Of a stretch of DNA of 39,720 nucleotides, positions 1 through 9,741 are shown one piece after another. Every line of letters begins with the position of its first letter. Position 1 is the stretch's first letter. The notes below the pieces were generated by a model. The model saw nothing but the letters and a program-made list of their open reading frames with translations, had not been told where the DNA came from and searched no databases. The translations under genes were made by a program, and so were the position numbers. The DNA is from Eledone cirrhosa (Eukaryota): assembly GCA_964016885.1 (NCBI GenBank), contig CAXHJY010001223.1, positions 1-39,720 of the forward strand, given 5' to 3'.

Positions 1-14
1 TTCGATAGATATAT

Positions 15-102
15 TTCTTTATTAGCCACAGGGGCACAAAAGAAGGGGACAAATACAAAGGGGGAAGTTTACATACAATAGAAACGTGTAAAATGTTATC
101 AC
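15..102 (-). mobile_element. 88-bp 5'-truncated Tx1-group 3' end (subfamily B type) inserted in ORF1 of another Tx1 copy
   Basis: Matches the 3' terminus of the copy ending at ~22296 (tttattagccac.gggcacaaaagaagg). Ends in AATAAAGAA on the minus strand. Flanked by an 8-bp direct repeat AGATATAT at 7-14 and 103-110 (TSD). Confidence 0.75.
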
Positions 103-305
103 AGATATATCTTCCAGCACATAAGCGACTGATAATTTAGCCGTTTGTGCAAAAGATATTTTGTTTTCGTTTTGGATATTAGTATTGTTTTGTTTCTCGT
201 CGTTTGAGTTGTTTTCATCTTTGTTGTTGTTGTTGTCTTTCTCGTTTCGTGTGTGGATACTTGTGACGTTTGTGTTGTTGTTGTTTTTGTTGTCTTTATT
301 GTTGC

Positions 306-336
<31 letters not shown>

Positions 337-513
337 GTTTTCAAATTCTTGTGTAGTTGTGGCTACATCTAGTGGTCGGTCAACAGGTGAAGACAATTCT
401 TCCTCTCTCTGACCTCTGCCTTTGGCATCTGCTGCTGTGACAGTGGCAGGGGGAAGCTGTGAGTATGACTTCCCCTTTCCTTCTTTGATTGATGGTGAAG
501 ATGCTTCAGCCAT
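103..513 (-). pseudogene. Tx1 ORF1 N-terminal part (Asn-rich), interrupted by the 15-102 insertion
   Basis: ATG at 513-511. Homologous to T2 ORF1 up to ISFAQTAKLSVAYVLEDI, then reads into the inserted 3'UTR. Confidence 0.8.
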
Positions 514-635
514 TTTTCTCAAAATAGGGTTTTTCGAAGTTTTTCGAAAGATAAAATGTTCACAATACTATTTCGCCCAAAGGCGCAGAATATTTTGAGA
601 GACCGACCAGATCAAAATTTGACCTGGCAGTCCCT

Positions 636-703
636 CTACAAAATGGTACAAAAATGAAAGTTTACAGTTTACAATTTCCGTATGAATTTAAACAAAAACT
701 TAC
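636..703 (-). other. Putative 68-nt spliceosomal intron in the Tx1 5'UTR (copy T0)
   Basis: Starts GTAAGT and ends in a pyrimidine tract plus TTTTGTAG, with no internal AG. The same boundaries occur at 11644-11710. Confidence 0.5.
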
Positions 704-736
704 CGAGCGAGCTCAGCACATGTGTCCATCGTAATG

Positions 737-743
737 GATAGAT

Positions 744-790
<47 letters not shown>
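737..790. repeat. (GATA)n microsatellite between Tx1 copies
   Basis: Read directly from the sequence. Confidence 0.98.
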
Positions 791-791
<1 letters not shown>

Positions 792-1054
792 GTTTCTTTT
801 ATTTGCCACTAGGGCATCAAAAGTGGGACAAGTACAAAGGGGGGAGTTTACACAAAAAGGCGTCCTCAATAAGGAGGAGGCAATAACAAAATATAAAAAT
901 AAAATAAGATATAACAAAAAATAAAATTTTTAACAAAATCCTCAATAGAGAGGAGGCGCCTTGGGGGGTCGCACACACCCCCGAAAAAAGTGTGCAACCC
1001 TTTTCCTCAGGAGCACAGAGAGGGGGTGCTCCCTCGTTCCTTCCTCTTTCCCAC

Positions 1055-4000
1055 CTACAGACTTATGTAAAGAGAAGGCCCATTCACACGGGCCATTCTC
1101 GCCACTTTCACCCACCTTTCATAAAAACGACTGGGGTGCAGCACCTCTCTCTCCATCCTGATCCTTCTTCCGAAATGATATCGGAAGAAACGGACCAGTT
1201 GTTGGCCAGAGAGAAAGGCGCCCGACCTCAGTCCTTTCAGACGCGTCCACCATACAACCTCTTTCGCCATGGCTATTACGCACAGAAACACCGCCTCTGC
1301 TTCATCTTTGAAGGGGGGAGGCGGCTTGATCATTACAATAGACTCGGTGGTCAACCGGATCGGTCCCACCCTTGACAGCAGTTGTTCGACATAGCCCCAC
1401 AGATCGGCTACGCCCGAGCAGTGTACCAATGCGTGTGCAACGGTTTCCTCGTCGCACACGCATCTGGGACAGATCTTTTTGGCGGGGTCCCTACCCGGGC
1501 GCCCGTGTCTGTAGAGCCTTTCTCGAACGGGTAAAACCCCTCGGTAGCACTGTCAGGCCAGGGACTTCTGGAAGTTGTCCATAGGTCCCGGGCTGAATGT
1601 CCTACCGAACAGGCTGGCCAGTTCGTCCTCCTCCATGTCTAGGGCTTCTCCGAGGGCGTCGTCGCACCTGCTGCGTACCAGCCCTCTATAGAATGTTGCG
1701 GTGGAGTCTCCACTGATAACCGGATCCGCCTGCCAGAGGGCGGTGAGCGCCTGGGCACACTCAGTGTGCCAGGCGCCCAGTTTTCTCGGTCTTTGCTTGA
1801 CCCAGGATTGCAGCTCGGTGAGTGAGACGAGTCTGGGAAAGGTTCGTCTCACAAACGAGGCCCACACCGGTTGTCCGGTGAGGAATACGTAGAGGTGCCG
1901 TAGCCTTAATGCGTGTTTACGCATCATTAGCCACGGCATCCCCAGCCCTCCTTTCGAAGGGTGTTGACAGCAGATGGATCTCCTCACCATAGGAGCCCGC
2001 CCCTTCCAAAGGAATTGGAAGAGCGCGCGCTCCATCTTGGTGAGGGTTTCCCTTGGGCAGGGCACTACGGTCAGGCGGTAGTAGATGACGGACGCTATAT
2101 AAGTGTTCGCCACCTCCGCCCGACCTTTCAGGGATAGTTTGCAACTGGCCCACTTCTGGGTCAGTGCAAACACCCTGTTCGTAACCTCCGCCCAGTTTTT
2201 CTCCACCTGGAGGTCCGGTCCGAACCAGACCCCGAGCAACTTCACCGGGCCCTCCGTCCAGCGTCCGACGACGCCATCGGAGGGCATCGGTCTGCCCCTC
2301 CACGTGCCGAGTTGCAAACCGATCAACTTGTCCCGGTTCAGCTTAGCCCCTGTGAACTTTTCGTACTCCTCCAGTAAGGTGCCGACCGCCTCGATTTCGG
2401 AGGCCGTCGACACCATTACTGTCACATCATCGGCGTAGGCTGACACCGCTTTCCGCAATCCCGGTTCCAAAGGGATGCCCTGCAACAACTCCAACTTCCG
2501 CAGTAGTGGCTCGAGAGTCAACACATACAGAAGGGAGGAGAGAGGGCACCCTTGTCGGATGGACCGCGCGATTTTGAACGGCTCCGAGAGGTAGCCGTTC
2601 ACCTTGACCCTAGAGCAGATGCGGCTGCTGTGCATAGCAGTGATCCAGCCCCTGAAAACGGGTCCGAAGCCTGCCGCCGCTAGCACCGCATCCAGGTAAC
2701 CATGGTCGACCCTATCGAACGCCTTAGATTGATCCAAGTTGATCAGAGCCCCACCAAAGCCGGGTTCGTTCCCAACCCTCTCTATGATGTATCGCATGAG
2801 GTGGAGGTTGTCATGGATGGACCTGGACGGGATAGCGCATGTCTGCGCATCTCCCACCAGGTTGCCCACGACAAGCGCCAACCTCTTTGCTAGCACCTTG
2901 GCCAAAATCTGTAACTCTGTATTTAGCAGAGTTATGGGCCTGAAGTTACTTATTTCGTCCCCCTTGTTCTCGTCCTTCCTCACTAGCGTGACTACGCCCT
3001 TGGTCACAGTACAGGGAATTCTCCCGTTCTGTTGCCAGTTGCAGTAGACCGCCTCGAGGAGATTGGGGAACAAGTCCGGCATAGCTAGATATAATTCGTA
3101 AGGAAGACCATCGAGACCCGGGGATTTGCGTTTGCCGCATTGGCCCAGCACGTCCTCTATCTCAGCGGCCGAAATCGGCTCCTCGCAAGACTTCGCCTCC
3201 CTGTCCGAGAGGCGCGGCAGGCCGTCGAGGTATGGACCGAAGTCCACGTTTCCAACCGGCTCCCCGCCCCTCCCGAACAGTCGGGCAAAGTGCCTTTGAA
3301 AGGCCTCACACATCTGCTTAGGCTCAAGAATCGCCCGTCCATCCAGGTCTCGCAAAGACCGGATGGTGGATTTAGTTCCACTGTTGGCCTCTGTCACGCG
3401 GGCCCAGCTAACAGCTTTGGCCCCCTCGTTCCCTAGAGCACGTATTTTACTTCGGACAACGCAGCCTTCGTGCTTCGCGTCGAAAAACTGGCTCAAAGCC
3501 GTTCTCGACGCTAGCACTCTGGCCACGTCGCCGCTTCTAATTGCCTCTTCTACTCTATCTATTAGCTCCCTTTCCTTCCTATTCCTATCCGCAGCTAGAA
3601 CCTTACTAAATTCAATCGAGACTACTCTAATCTCTCTCTTTAGAGATACCCACCACCTGCTGTTGACGATCGCTCCAGTCAACCGTTCCTTAACTAACGT
3701 ACTAATCCGATTCCTGTAGGCTCTACTTGCCGGCAAGGACAAGTTGAGCTTCCAGTAACCGGGGCCCTGTCTATGCGTTCTATCAAGGTTGACCATGCAG
3801 GTCACCAACTTGTGGTCTGAATAGCCAACCATGAGCATTTCTGGACAACTTAAAAAGTCCCTGTCCTTATTTCTAACTAAAAATCTATCTAGGTACGATC
3901 TAGATGATCCGCTGCGATTTGACCAAGACCAGGTTGGCACCGTCGGAAAATCTAGTCGAAATCTATCGGCCAGGTCAAATCGGCCGAGTAACCCCTTGAG

Positions 4001-4493
4001 GCTGTTGCACCCCTCTCTATCGGGACATGCCCCTGCATAGTCCCAACGTGCATCCAGGATACCATTCCAATCCCCCACTAAAAGCAGGGAACGGGACGTC
4101 CCTAGAAAAGACTCCAGACGCTGGAAAAAGTCGGGCCGCTCTGTCCCAAAAGGGGCATATGCGGCTATCAGCCTAAGGGCTCTACCTTCACCACTGCCAA
4201 GGTCCAGCACCACCAGTCGACCCCCTGGGTCCAAGTGAACTATCTGTGTTGCAAGGCCCATATGTTTTTGCAGAAAGAACGACAACCCCACCCCCACCTC
4301 CGGGCTGACAGAGAGATGCGTGCATCTCAAAGTCGTCAAAGGTGGGGGCTAGCTGTCGCATGCTGCTGATCCGGGCCTCGCAGATAACCATCACATTTAT
4401 AGATTGTGACCTGAGGTCATTTAGAAGCATTGCTTGCTTCCAAGACGAGCCCAGGCCACGCGCATTTAGACACCCTACTCTTAGCACAGCCAT
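1055..4493 (-). pseudogene. T1 ORF2 (APE endonuclease, reverse transcriptase, C-terminal Cys/His motif), disrupted
   Basis: Motifs LNARGL, GDWNG, YLDRF, SDH, QGCPLS, YADD, CPRC..ETVAHALVHC. 1-nt deletion at ~4285 and TGG>TGA at 1553-1555 relative to T2. Confidence 0.93.
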
Positions 4494-4517
4494 GTTGGTG
4501 GTAAAGAGAAAAGGCAC

Positions 4518-5936
4518 TTACCTCTCTGCGTCCCGGGAAACGGGCCGCTCAATTTCCATGCTGGTTGGGGATGGGTTGTTGGGTGGGGTGGTGGTTTGTG
4601 GAAGTGAAGGGGCATCGGTGTGTTGTGGGGTTGGGGTGTTTGTGGTTGAGTGGGTGTCTGGGTGGTTGGGGGGGGGGGGGGGGGGGGGGGGAAATTTTTT
4701 AGGAGGACGCGGTTGATTGGTTTGGCGCAGGGGGGGCCCACGTCCTCCGTGAAATTTATTTTCAGTGTTTTGTACAAGTGCATTGGGACTTTTATCATTT
4801 TCAAATGAGGTAGTCCCACAGCAGTTATAAAGTTTGGCCCTTCAGTTTGGACCGAAGGGTTTGCTGAAATTGTTTTCCGTAATTCTTTGTTGTCTGTGTT
4901 CATGTATGTGTATTGTAAGGTCTTTTTTTGTGTAGCAGTTAGTGTTGTGTGACAGGGAGGGGTGGTTTGTGTGTAGTTTGTGTTCTCTTGGGGGGGGGTT
5001 AAAATTAACATGTGTGTCTGTGGTGCGTCTCCTCTTCTTTCTTTTTACTTGTTGGAAGGGATCTTTTTCGTCTTGCGACGAAAGAGGTTCGTCTTCCTTG
5101 TTGGGTGGGAGGGGTATGTTTTCTGGTAGTGTTTGCGGTGTGCGTGTTTTTGTATTTGTTTTGGGTGGGGAGGGATTGGGTGGGACAGTATTCTGTGTTA
5201 TTTTTCCACGTGTTTGTTGTTGTTGTTGTTGTGGTGGTGGTGGTGGGGTTGTTGGTTTTTGTTGTTGTTGTGGTTGTTTTTGTTGTTGTAGTTGGGGTGG
5301 TGTTGGTGTTGGTAGCAGTGTTTTTTTCTGTGTGAGCTGGGGACAGGCAGCCCTCAGGTGACCTCTATTGCCACAGAGGTAACAGGAGGGACGCCTACCC
5401 TCCACAATAATGTTGAGGTGGGTACGGTCATCCAGCATGACGCGCTCAGGGATTTGGGCGATGCGTTCTGGCCTTATTTGGGTCAGAACTTCGAGGCTCG
5501 TTCCACTGAACGCGTCGCCGGATGCCTTCCCTATTGAGATGAGGTTGTCCTCGTCTAAATTGAGGAAACCGGTTAGTAACCACCAGTAGTTTATGTTTGG
5601 GGTGATGGTGGTTATCCATATCCTCTGGGTTTTTTTACCCATGTAGGTGGGGAAGAAGGTGTAGTGTGTGGACCGAATTGGCGACACAGAGTATTTTTTT
5701 GCCGCCAATTCGTCTTTCATCAATATGGATAAACTCCCATAGAGTTTATCCTTTTGTATGAAAGTGATGTCTCTCATCGCGTCTTTCAAGACTAACTGAG
5801 TTTCCGCTTGAGATGGTTGCGCTGGTTTCTTTGTTTTATTTAAAATTGTTCGGAATACGACAGTTCGTAATTCCGTCTGTCTTTTTAGCTCCGGAGGTGA
5901 ATGTATAGAAAACGATCCGTTTTCGCCTAAAGACAC

Positions 5937-5939
<3 letters not shown>
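4518..5939 (-). pseudogene. T1 ORF1 (gag-like, CX2CX4HX4C knuckle), 5'-truncated and frameshifted
   Basis: CYLCGNRGHLRAAC. Split across ORFs 4842-5936 and 4481-5011, with breaks near G/C homopolymers. Stop TAA at 4518-4520. Confidence 0.88.

Positions 5940-6015
<76 letters not shown>
5937..6015. repeat. (GATA)n microsatellite between T1 and T2
   Basis: Read directly from the sequence. Confidence 0.98.
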
Positions 6016-6016
<1 letters not shown>

Positions 6017-6190
6017 GTTTCTTTTATTTGCCACTAGGGCATCAAAAGTGGGACAAGTACAAAGGGGGGAGTTTACACAAAAAGGCGTCCTCAATAAGGA
6101 GGAGGCAATAACAAAATATAAAAATAAAATAAGATATAACAAAAAATAAAATTTTTAACAAAATCCTCAATAGAGAGGAGGCGCCTTGGG

Positions 6191-6257
6191 GGGTCGCACA
6201 CACCCCCGAAAAAAGTGTGCAACCCTTCTCCTCAGGAGCACTGAGAAGGGGTGCTCC
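6191..6257 (-). other. Two conserved 3'UTR stem-loops of the Tx1 RNA
   Basis: Sense-strand stems GGAGCAC/GTGCTCC and GGGTTGCACAC/GTGTGCGACCC. Also present at 966-1032, and with compensatory changes at 22437-22500. Confidence 0.7.
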
Positions 6258-6279
6258 CTTGGTCTTTCATCTTCCTCAC

Positions 6280-9200
6280 CTATAGTCTGATGTAGAGTGA
6301 AGGCCCATTCACACGGGCCATTCTCGCCACTTTCACCCATCTTTCATAGAAACGGCTGGGGTGCAGCACCTCTCTCTCCATCCTGATCCTTCTTCCGAAA
6401 TGATATCGGAAGAAACGGACCAGTTGTTGGCCAGAGAGAAAGGTGTCTGACCTCAGTCCTTTCAGACGCGTCCACCATACAACCTCTTTCGCCATGGCTA
6501 TTACGCACAGAAACACCGCCTCTGCTTCATCTTTGAAGGGGGGAGGCGGCTTGATCATTACAATAGACTCGGTGGTCAACCGGATCGGTCCCACCCTTGA
6601 CAGCAGTTGTTCGACATAGCCCCACAGATCGGCTACGCCCGAGCAGTGTACCAATGCGTGTGCAACGGTTTCCTCGTCGCACACGCATCTGGGACAGATC
6701 TTTTTGGCGGGGTCCCTACCCGGGCGCCCGTGTCTGTAGAGCCTTTCTCGAACGGGTAAAGCCCCTCGGTAGCACTGCCAGGCCAGGGACTTCTGGAAGT
6801 TGTCCATAGGTCCCGGGCTGAATGTCCTACCGAACAGGCTGGCCAGTTCGTCCTCCTCCATGTCTAGGGCTTCTCCGAGGGCGTCGTCGCACCTGCTGCG
6901 TACCAGCCCTCTATAGAATGTTGCGGTGGAGTCTCCACTGATAACCGGATCCGCCTGCCAGAGGGCGGTGAGCGCCTGGGCACACTCAGTGTGCCAGGCG
7001 CCCAGTTTTCTCGGTCTTTGCTTGACCCAGGATTGCAGCTCGGTGAGTGAGACGAGTCTGGGAAAGGTTCGTCTCACAAACGAGGCCCACACCGGTTGTC
7101 CGGTGAGGAATACGTAGAGGTGCCGTAGCCTTAATGCGTGTTTACGCATCATTAGCCACGGCATCCCCAGCCCTCCTTTCGAAGGGTGTTGACAGCAGAT
7201 GGATCTCCTCACCATAGGAGCCCGCCTCTTCCAAAGGAATTGGAAGAGCGCGCGCTCCATCTTGGTGAGGGTTTCCTTTGGGCAGGGCACTACGGTCAGG
7301 CGGTAGTAGATGACGGACGCTATGTAGGTGTTCGCCACCTCCGCCCGACCTTTCAGGGATAGTTTGCAACTGGCCCACTTCTGGGTCAGTGCAAACACCC
7401 TGTTCGTAACCTCCGCCCAGTTTTTCTCCACCTGGAGGTCCGGTCCGAACCAGACCCCGAGTAACTTCACCGGGCCCTCCGTCCAGCGTCCGACGACGCC
7501 ATCGGAGGGCATCGGTCTGCCCCTCCACGTGCCGAGTTGCAAACCGATCGACTTGTCCCGGTTCAGCTTAGCCCCTGTGAACTTTTCGTACTCCTCCAGT
7601 AAGGTGCCGACCGCCTCGATTTCGGAGGCCGTCGACACCATTACTGTCAAGTCATCGGCGTAGGCCGACACCGCTTTCCGCAATCCCGGTTCCAAAGGGA
7701 TGCCCTGCAACAACTCCAACTTCCGCAGTAGTGGCTCGAGAGTCAACACATACAGAAGGGAGGAGAGAGGGCACCCTTGTCGGATGGACCGCGCGATTTT
7801 GAACGGCTCCGAGAGGTAGCCGTTCACCTTGACCCTAGAGCAGATGCGGCTGCTGTGCATAGCAGTGATCCAGCCCCTGAAAACGGGTCCGAAGCCTGCC
7901 GCCGCTAGCACCGCATCCAGGTAACCATGGTCGACCCTATCGAACGCCTTAGATTGATCCAAGTTGATCAGAGCCCCACCAAAGCCGGGTTCGTTCCCAA
8001 CCCTCTCTATGATGTATCGCATGAGGTGGAGGTTGTCATGGATGGACCTGGACGGGATAGCGCATGTCTGCGCATCTCCCACCAGGTTGCCCACGACAAG
8101 CGCCAACCTCTTTGCTAGCACCTTGGCCAAAATCTGTAACTCTGTATTTAGCAGTGTTATGGGCCTGAAGTTACTTATTTCGTCCCCCTTGTTCTCGTCC
8201 TTCCTCACTAGCGTGACTACGCCCTTGGTCACAGTACAGGGAATTCTCCCGTTCTGTTGCCAGTTGCAGTAGACCGCCTCGAGGAGATCGGGGAACAAGT
8301 CCGGCATAGCTAGATATAATTCGTAAGGAAGACCATCGAGACCCGGGGATTTGCGTTTGCCGCATTGGCTCAGCACGTCCTCTATCTCAGCGGCCGAAAT
8401 CGGCTCCTCGCAGGACTTCGCCTCCCTGTCCGAGAGGCGCGGCAGGCCGTCGAGGTATGGACCGAAGTCCACGTTCCCAACCGGTTCCCCGCCCCTCCCG
8501 AACAGTCGGGCAAAGTGCCTTTGAAAGGCCTCACACATCTGCTTAGGCTCAAGAATCGCCCGTCCATCCAGGTCTCGCAAAGACCGGATGGTGGATTTAG
8601 TTCCACTGTTGGCCTCTGTCACGCGGGCCCAGCTAACAGCTTTGGTCCCCTCGTTCCCTAGAGCACGTATTTTACTTCGGACAACGCAGCCTTCGTGCTT
8701 CGCGTCGAAAAACTGGCTCAAAGCCGTTCTCGACGCTAGCACTCTGGCCACGTCGCCGCTTCTAATTGCCTCTTCTACTCTATCTATTAGCTCCCTTTCC
8801 TTCCTATTCCTATCCGCAGCTAGAACCTTACTAAATTCTATCGAGACTACTCTAATCTCTCTCTTTAGAGATACCCACCACCTGCTGTTGACGATCGCTC
8901 CAGTCAACCGTTCCTTAACTAACGTACTAATCCGATTCCTGTAGGCTCTACTTGCCGGCAAGGACAAGTTGAGCTTCCAGTAACCGGGGCCCTGTCTATG
9001 AGTTCTGTCAAGGTTGACCATGCAGGTCACTAATTTGTGGTCTGAATAGCCAACCATGCGCATTTTTGGACAACTTAAAAAGTCCTTATCCTTAATTCTA
9101 ACTAAGAACCTATCTAGGTACGACCTAGATGATCCGCTACGATTTGCCCAAGTCCAGGTTGGCGCAGTCGGAAAATCTAGTCGATATCTATCGGCCAGGT

Positions 9201-9717
9201 CAAATCGACCGATTAACCCTTTGAGGCTATTACACCCCTCTCTATCGGGGCAGGCCCCTACGTAGTCCCAGCGTGCATCTAGGATACCCTTCCAGTCCCC
9301 CACTAATAGCAAGGAGCGGGACGTCCCTAGAAAAGTCTCCAGACGATGGAAGAAGTCCGGCCGCATTGACCCGAAAGGGCCGTAGGCGGCTACCAACCTA
9401 AACGCTCCGCCTTTACCACTGCCAAGGTCCAGAACCACTAGTCGACCCTCCGGGTCCAAATGTACCATCTGTGTTGCGAGACCCAGATGTTTTTGCAGCA
9501 GAACGACAACTCCACCCCCACCTCCGGGCTGACAGAGAGATGCGTGCATCTCAAAGTCATCAAAGGTGGGGGACAGCTGTCGCACGTTGCTGATCCGGGC
9601 CTCGCAAATAACCATCACATCTATACGTTGTGACCTGAGGTCATTTAGAAGCATTGCTTGCTTCCAAGTTGAGCCCAGGCCACGCGCATTTAAACAGCCT
9701 ACTCTTAGCATAGCCAT
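6280..9717 (-). CDS. T2 ORF2: APE endonuclease-reverse transcriptase (~1145 aa from the ATG at 9717)
   Basis: Uninterrupted ORF with LNARGL, GDW(K)G, YLDRF, SDH, PGLDG, FRPITLLN, KAFDRV, QGCPLS, YADD, GGLG and CPRC..HALVHC. The ATG is in an ACCAACATGG context. Confidence 0.95.
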   Translation of the reverse strand: MAMLRVGCLNARGLGSTWKQAMLLNDLRSQRIDVMVICEARISNVRQLSPTFDDFEMHASLCQPGGGGGVVVLLQKHLGLATQMVHLDPEGRLVVLDLGSGKGGAFRLVAAYGPFGSMRPDFFHRLETFLGTSRSLLLVGDWKGILDARWDYVGACPDREGCNSLKGLIGRFDLADRYRLDFPTAPTWTWANRSGSSRSYLDRFLVRIKDKDFLSCPKMRMVGYSDHKLVTCMVNLDRTHRQGPGYWKLNLSLPASRAYRNRISTLVKERLTGAIVNSRWWVSLKREIRVVSIEFSKVLAADRNRKERELIDRVEEAIRSGDVARVLASRTALSQFFDAKHEGCVVRSKIRALGNEGTKAVSWARVTEANSGTKSTIRSLRDLDGRAILEPKQMCEAFQRHFARLFGRGGEPVGNVDFGPYLDGLPRLSDREAKSCEEPISAAEIEDVLSQCGKRKSPGLDGLPYELYLAMPDLFPDLLEAVYCNWQQNGRIPCTVTKGVVTLVRKDENKGDEISNFRPITLLNTELQILAKVLAKRLALVVGNLVGDAQTCAIPSRSIHDNLHLMRYIIERVGNEPGFGGALINLDQSKAFDRVDHGYLDAVLAAAGFGPVFRGWITAMHSSRICSRVKVNGYLSEPFKIARSIRQGCPLSSLLYVLTLEPLLRKLELLQGIPLEPGLRKAVSAYADDLTVMVSTASEIEAVGTLLEEYEKFTGAKLNRDKSIGLQLGTWRGRPMPSDGVVGRWTEGPVKLLGVWFGPDLQVEKNWAEVTNRVFALTQKWASCKLSLKGRAEVANTYIASVIYYRLTVVPCPKETLTKMERALFQFLWKRRAPMVRRSICCQHPSKGGLGMPWLMMRKHALRLRHLYVFLTGQPVWASFVRRTFPRLVSLTELQSWVKQRPRKLGAWHTECAQALTALWQADPVISGDSTATFYRGLVRSRCDDALGEALDMEEDELASLFGRTFSPGPMDNFQKSLAWQCYRGALPVRERLYRHGRPGRDPAKKICPRCVCDEETVAHALVHCSGVADLWGYVEQLLSRVGPIRLTTESIVMIKPPPPFKDEAEAVFLCVIAMAKEVVWWTRLKGLRSDTFLSGQQLVRFFRYHFGRRIRMEREVLHPSRFYERWVKVARMARVNGPSLYIRL

Positions 9718-9741
9718 GTTGGTGGTGAAGAGAAAAGGCAC

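Larger units (their letters stand above)
103..731 (-). mobile_element. 5' end of Tx1-group element T0 (5'UTR plus ORF1 N-terminus); probably continues past the left window edge
   Basis: The 5'UTR aligns with 11530-11737 and shares the start GATGGACACA. The ORF MAEASSPSIKEGKGK...LPPATVT is paralogous to MAEASSPKFEGGKGK...LPPATVT at 11529. Confidence 0.9.
791..5939 (-). mobile_element. Tx1-group non-LTR retrotransposon T1, 5'-truncated within ORF1, disrupted
   Basis: ORF1 with CCHC knuckle plus APE-RT ORF2. The 3' end AATAAAAGAAACT abuts (TATC)n. Aligns with T2 at an offset of 5225 in the 3' region. Confidence 0.95.

Noticed and set aside
99-412. Poly-Thr, poly-Leu and poly-Val ORFs (also 11088-11478, 30490-30976)
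   Set aside because: Alternative-frame or antisense readings of (AAC)n/(CAG)n tracts within retrotransposon ORF1s.
669-917. ORFs containing [14 protein letters not shown] or ERERER (also 5927-6142, 16046-16318, 16764-17054, 22161-22406, 26610-26909, 35782-36039)
   Set aside because: Translations of microsatellites.
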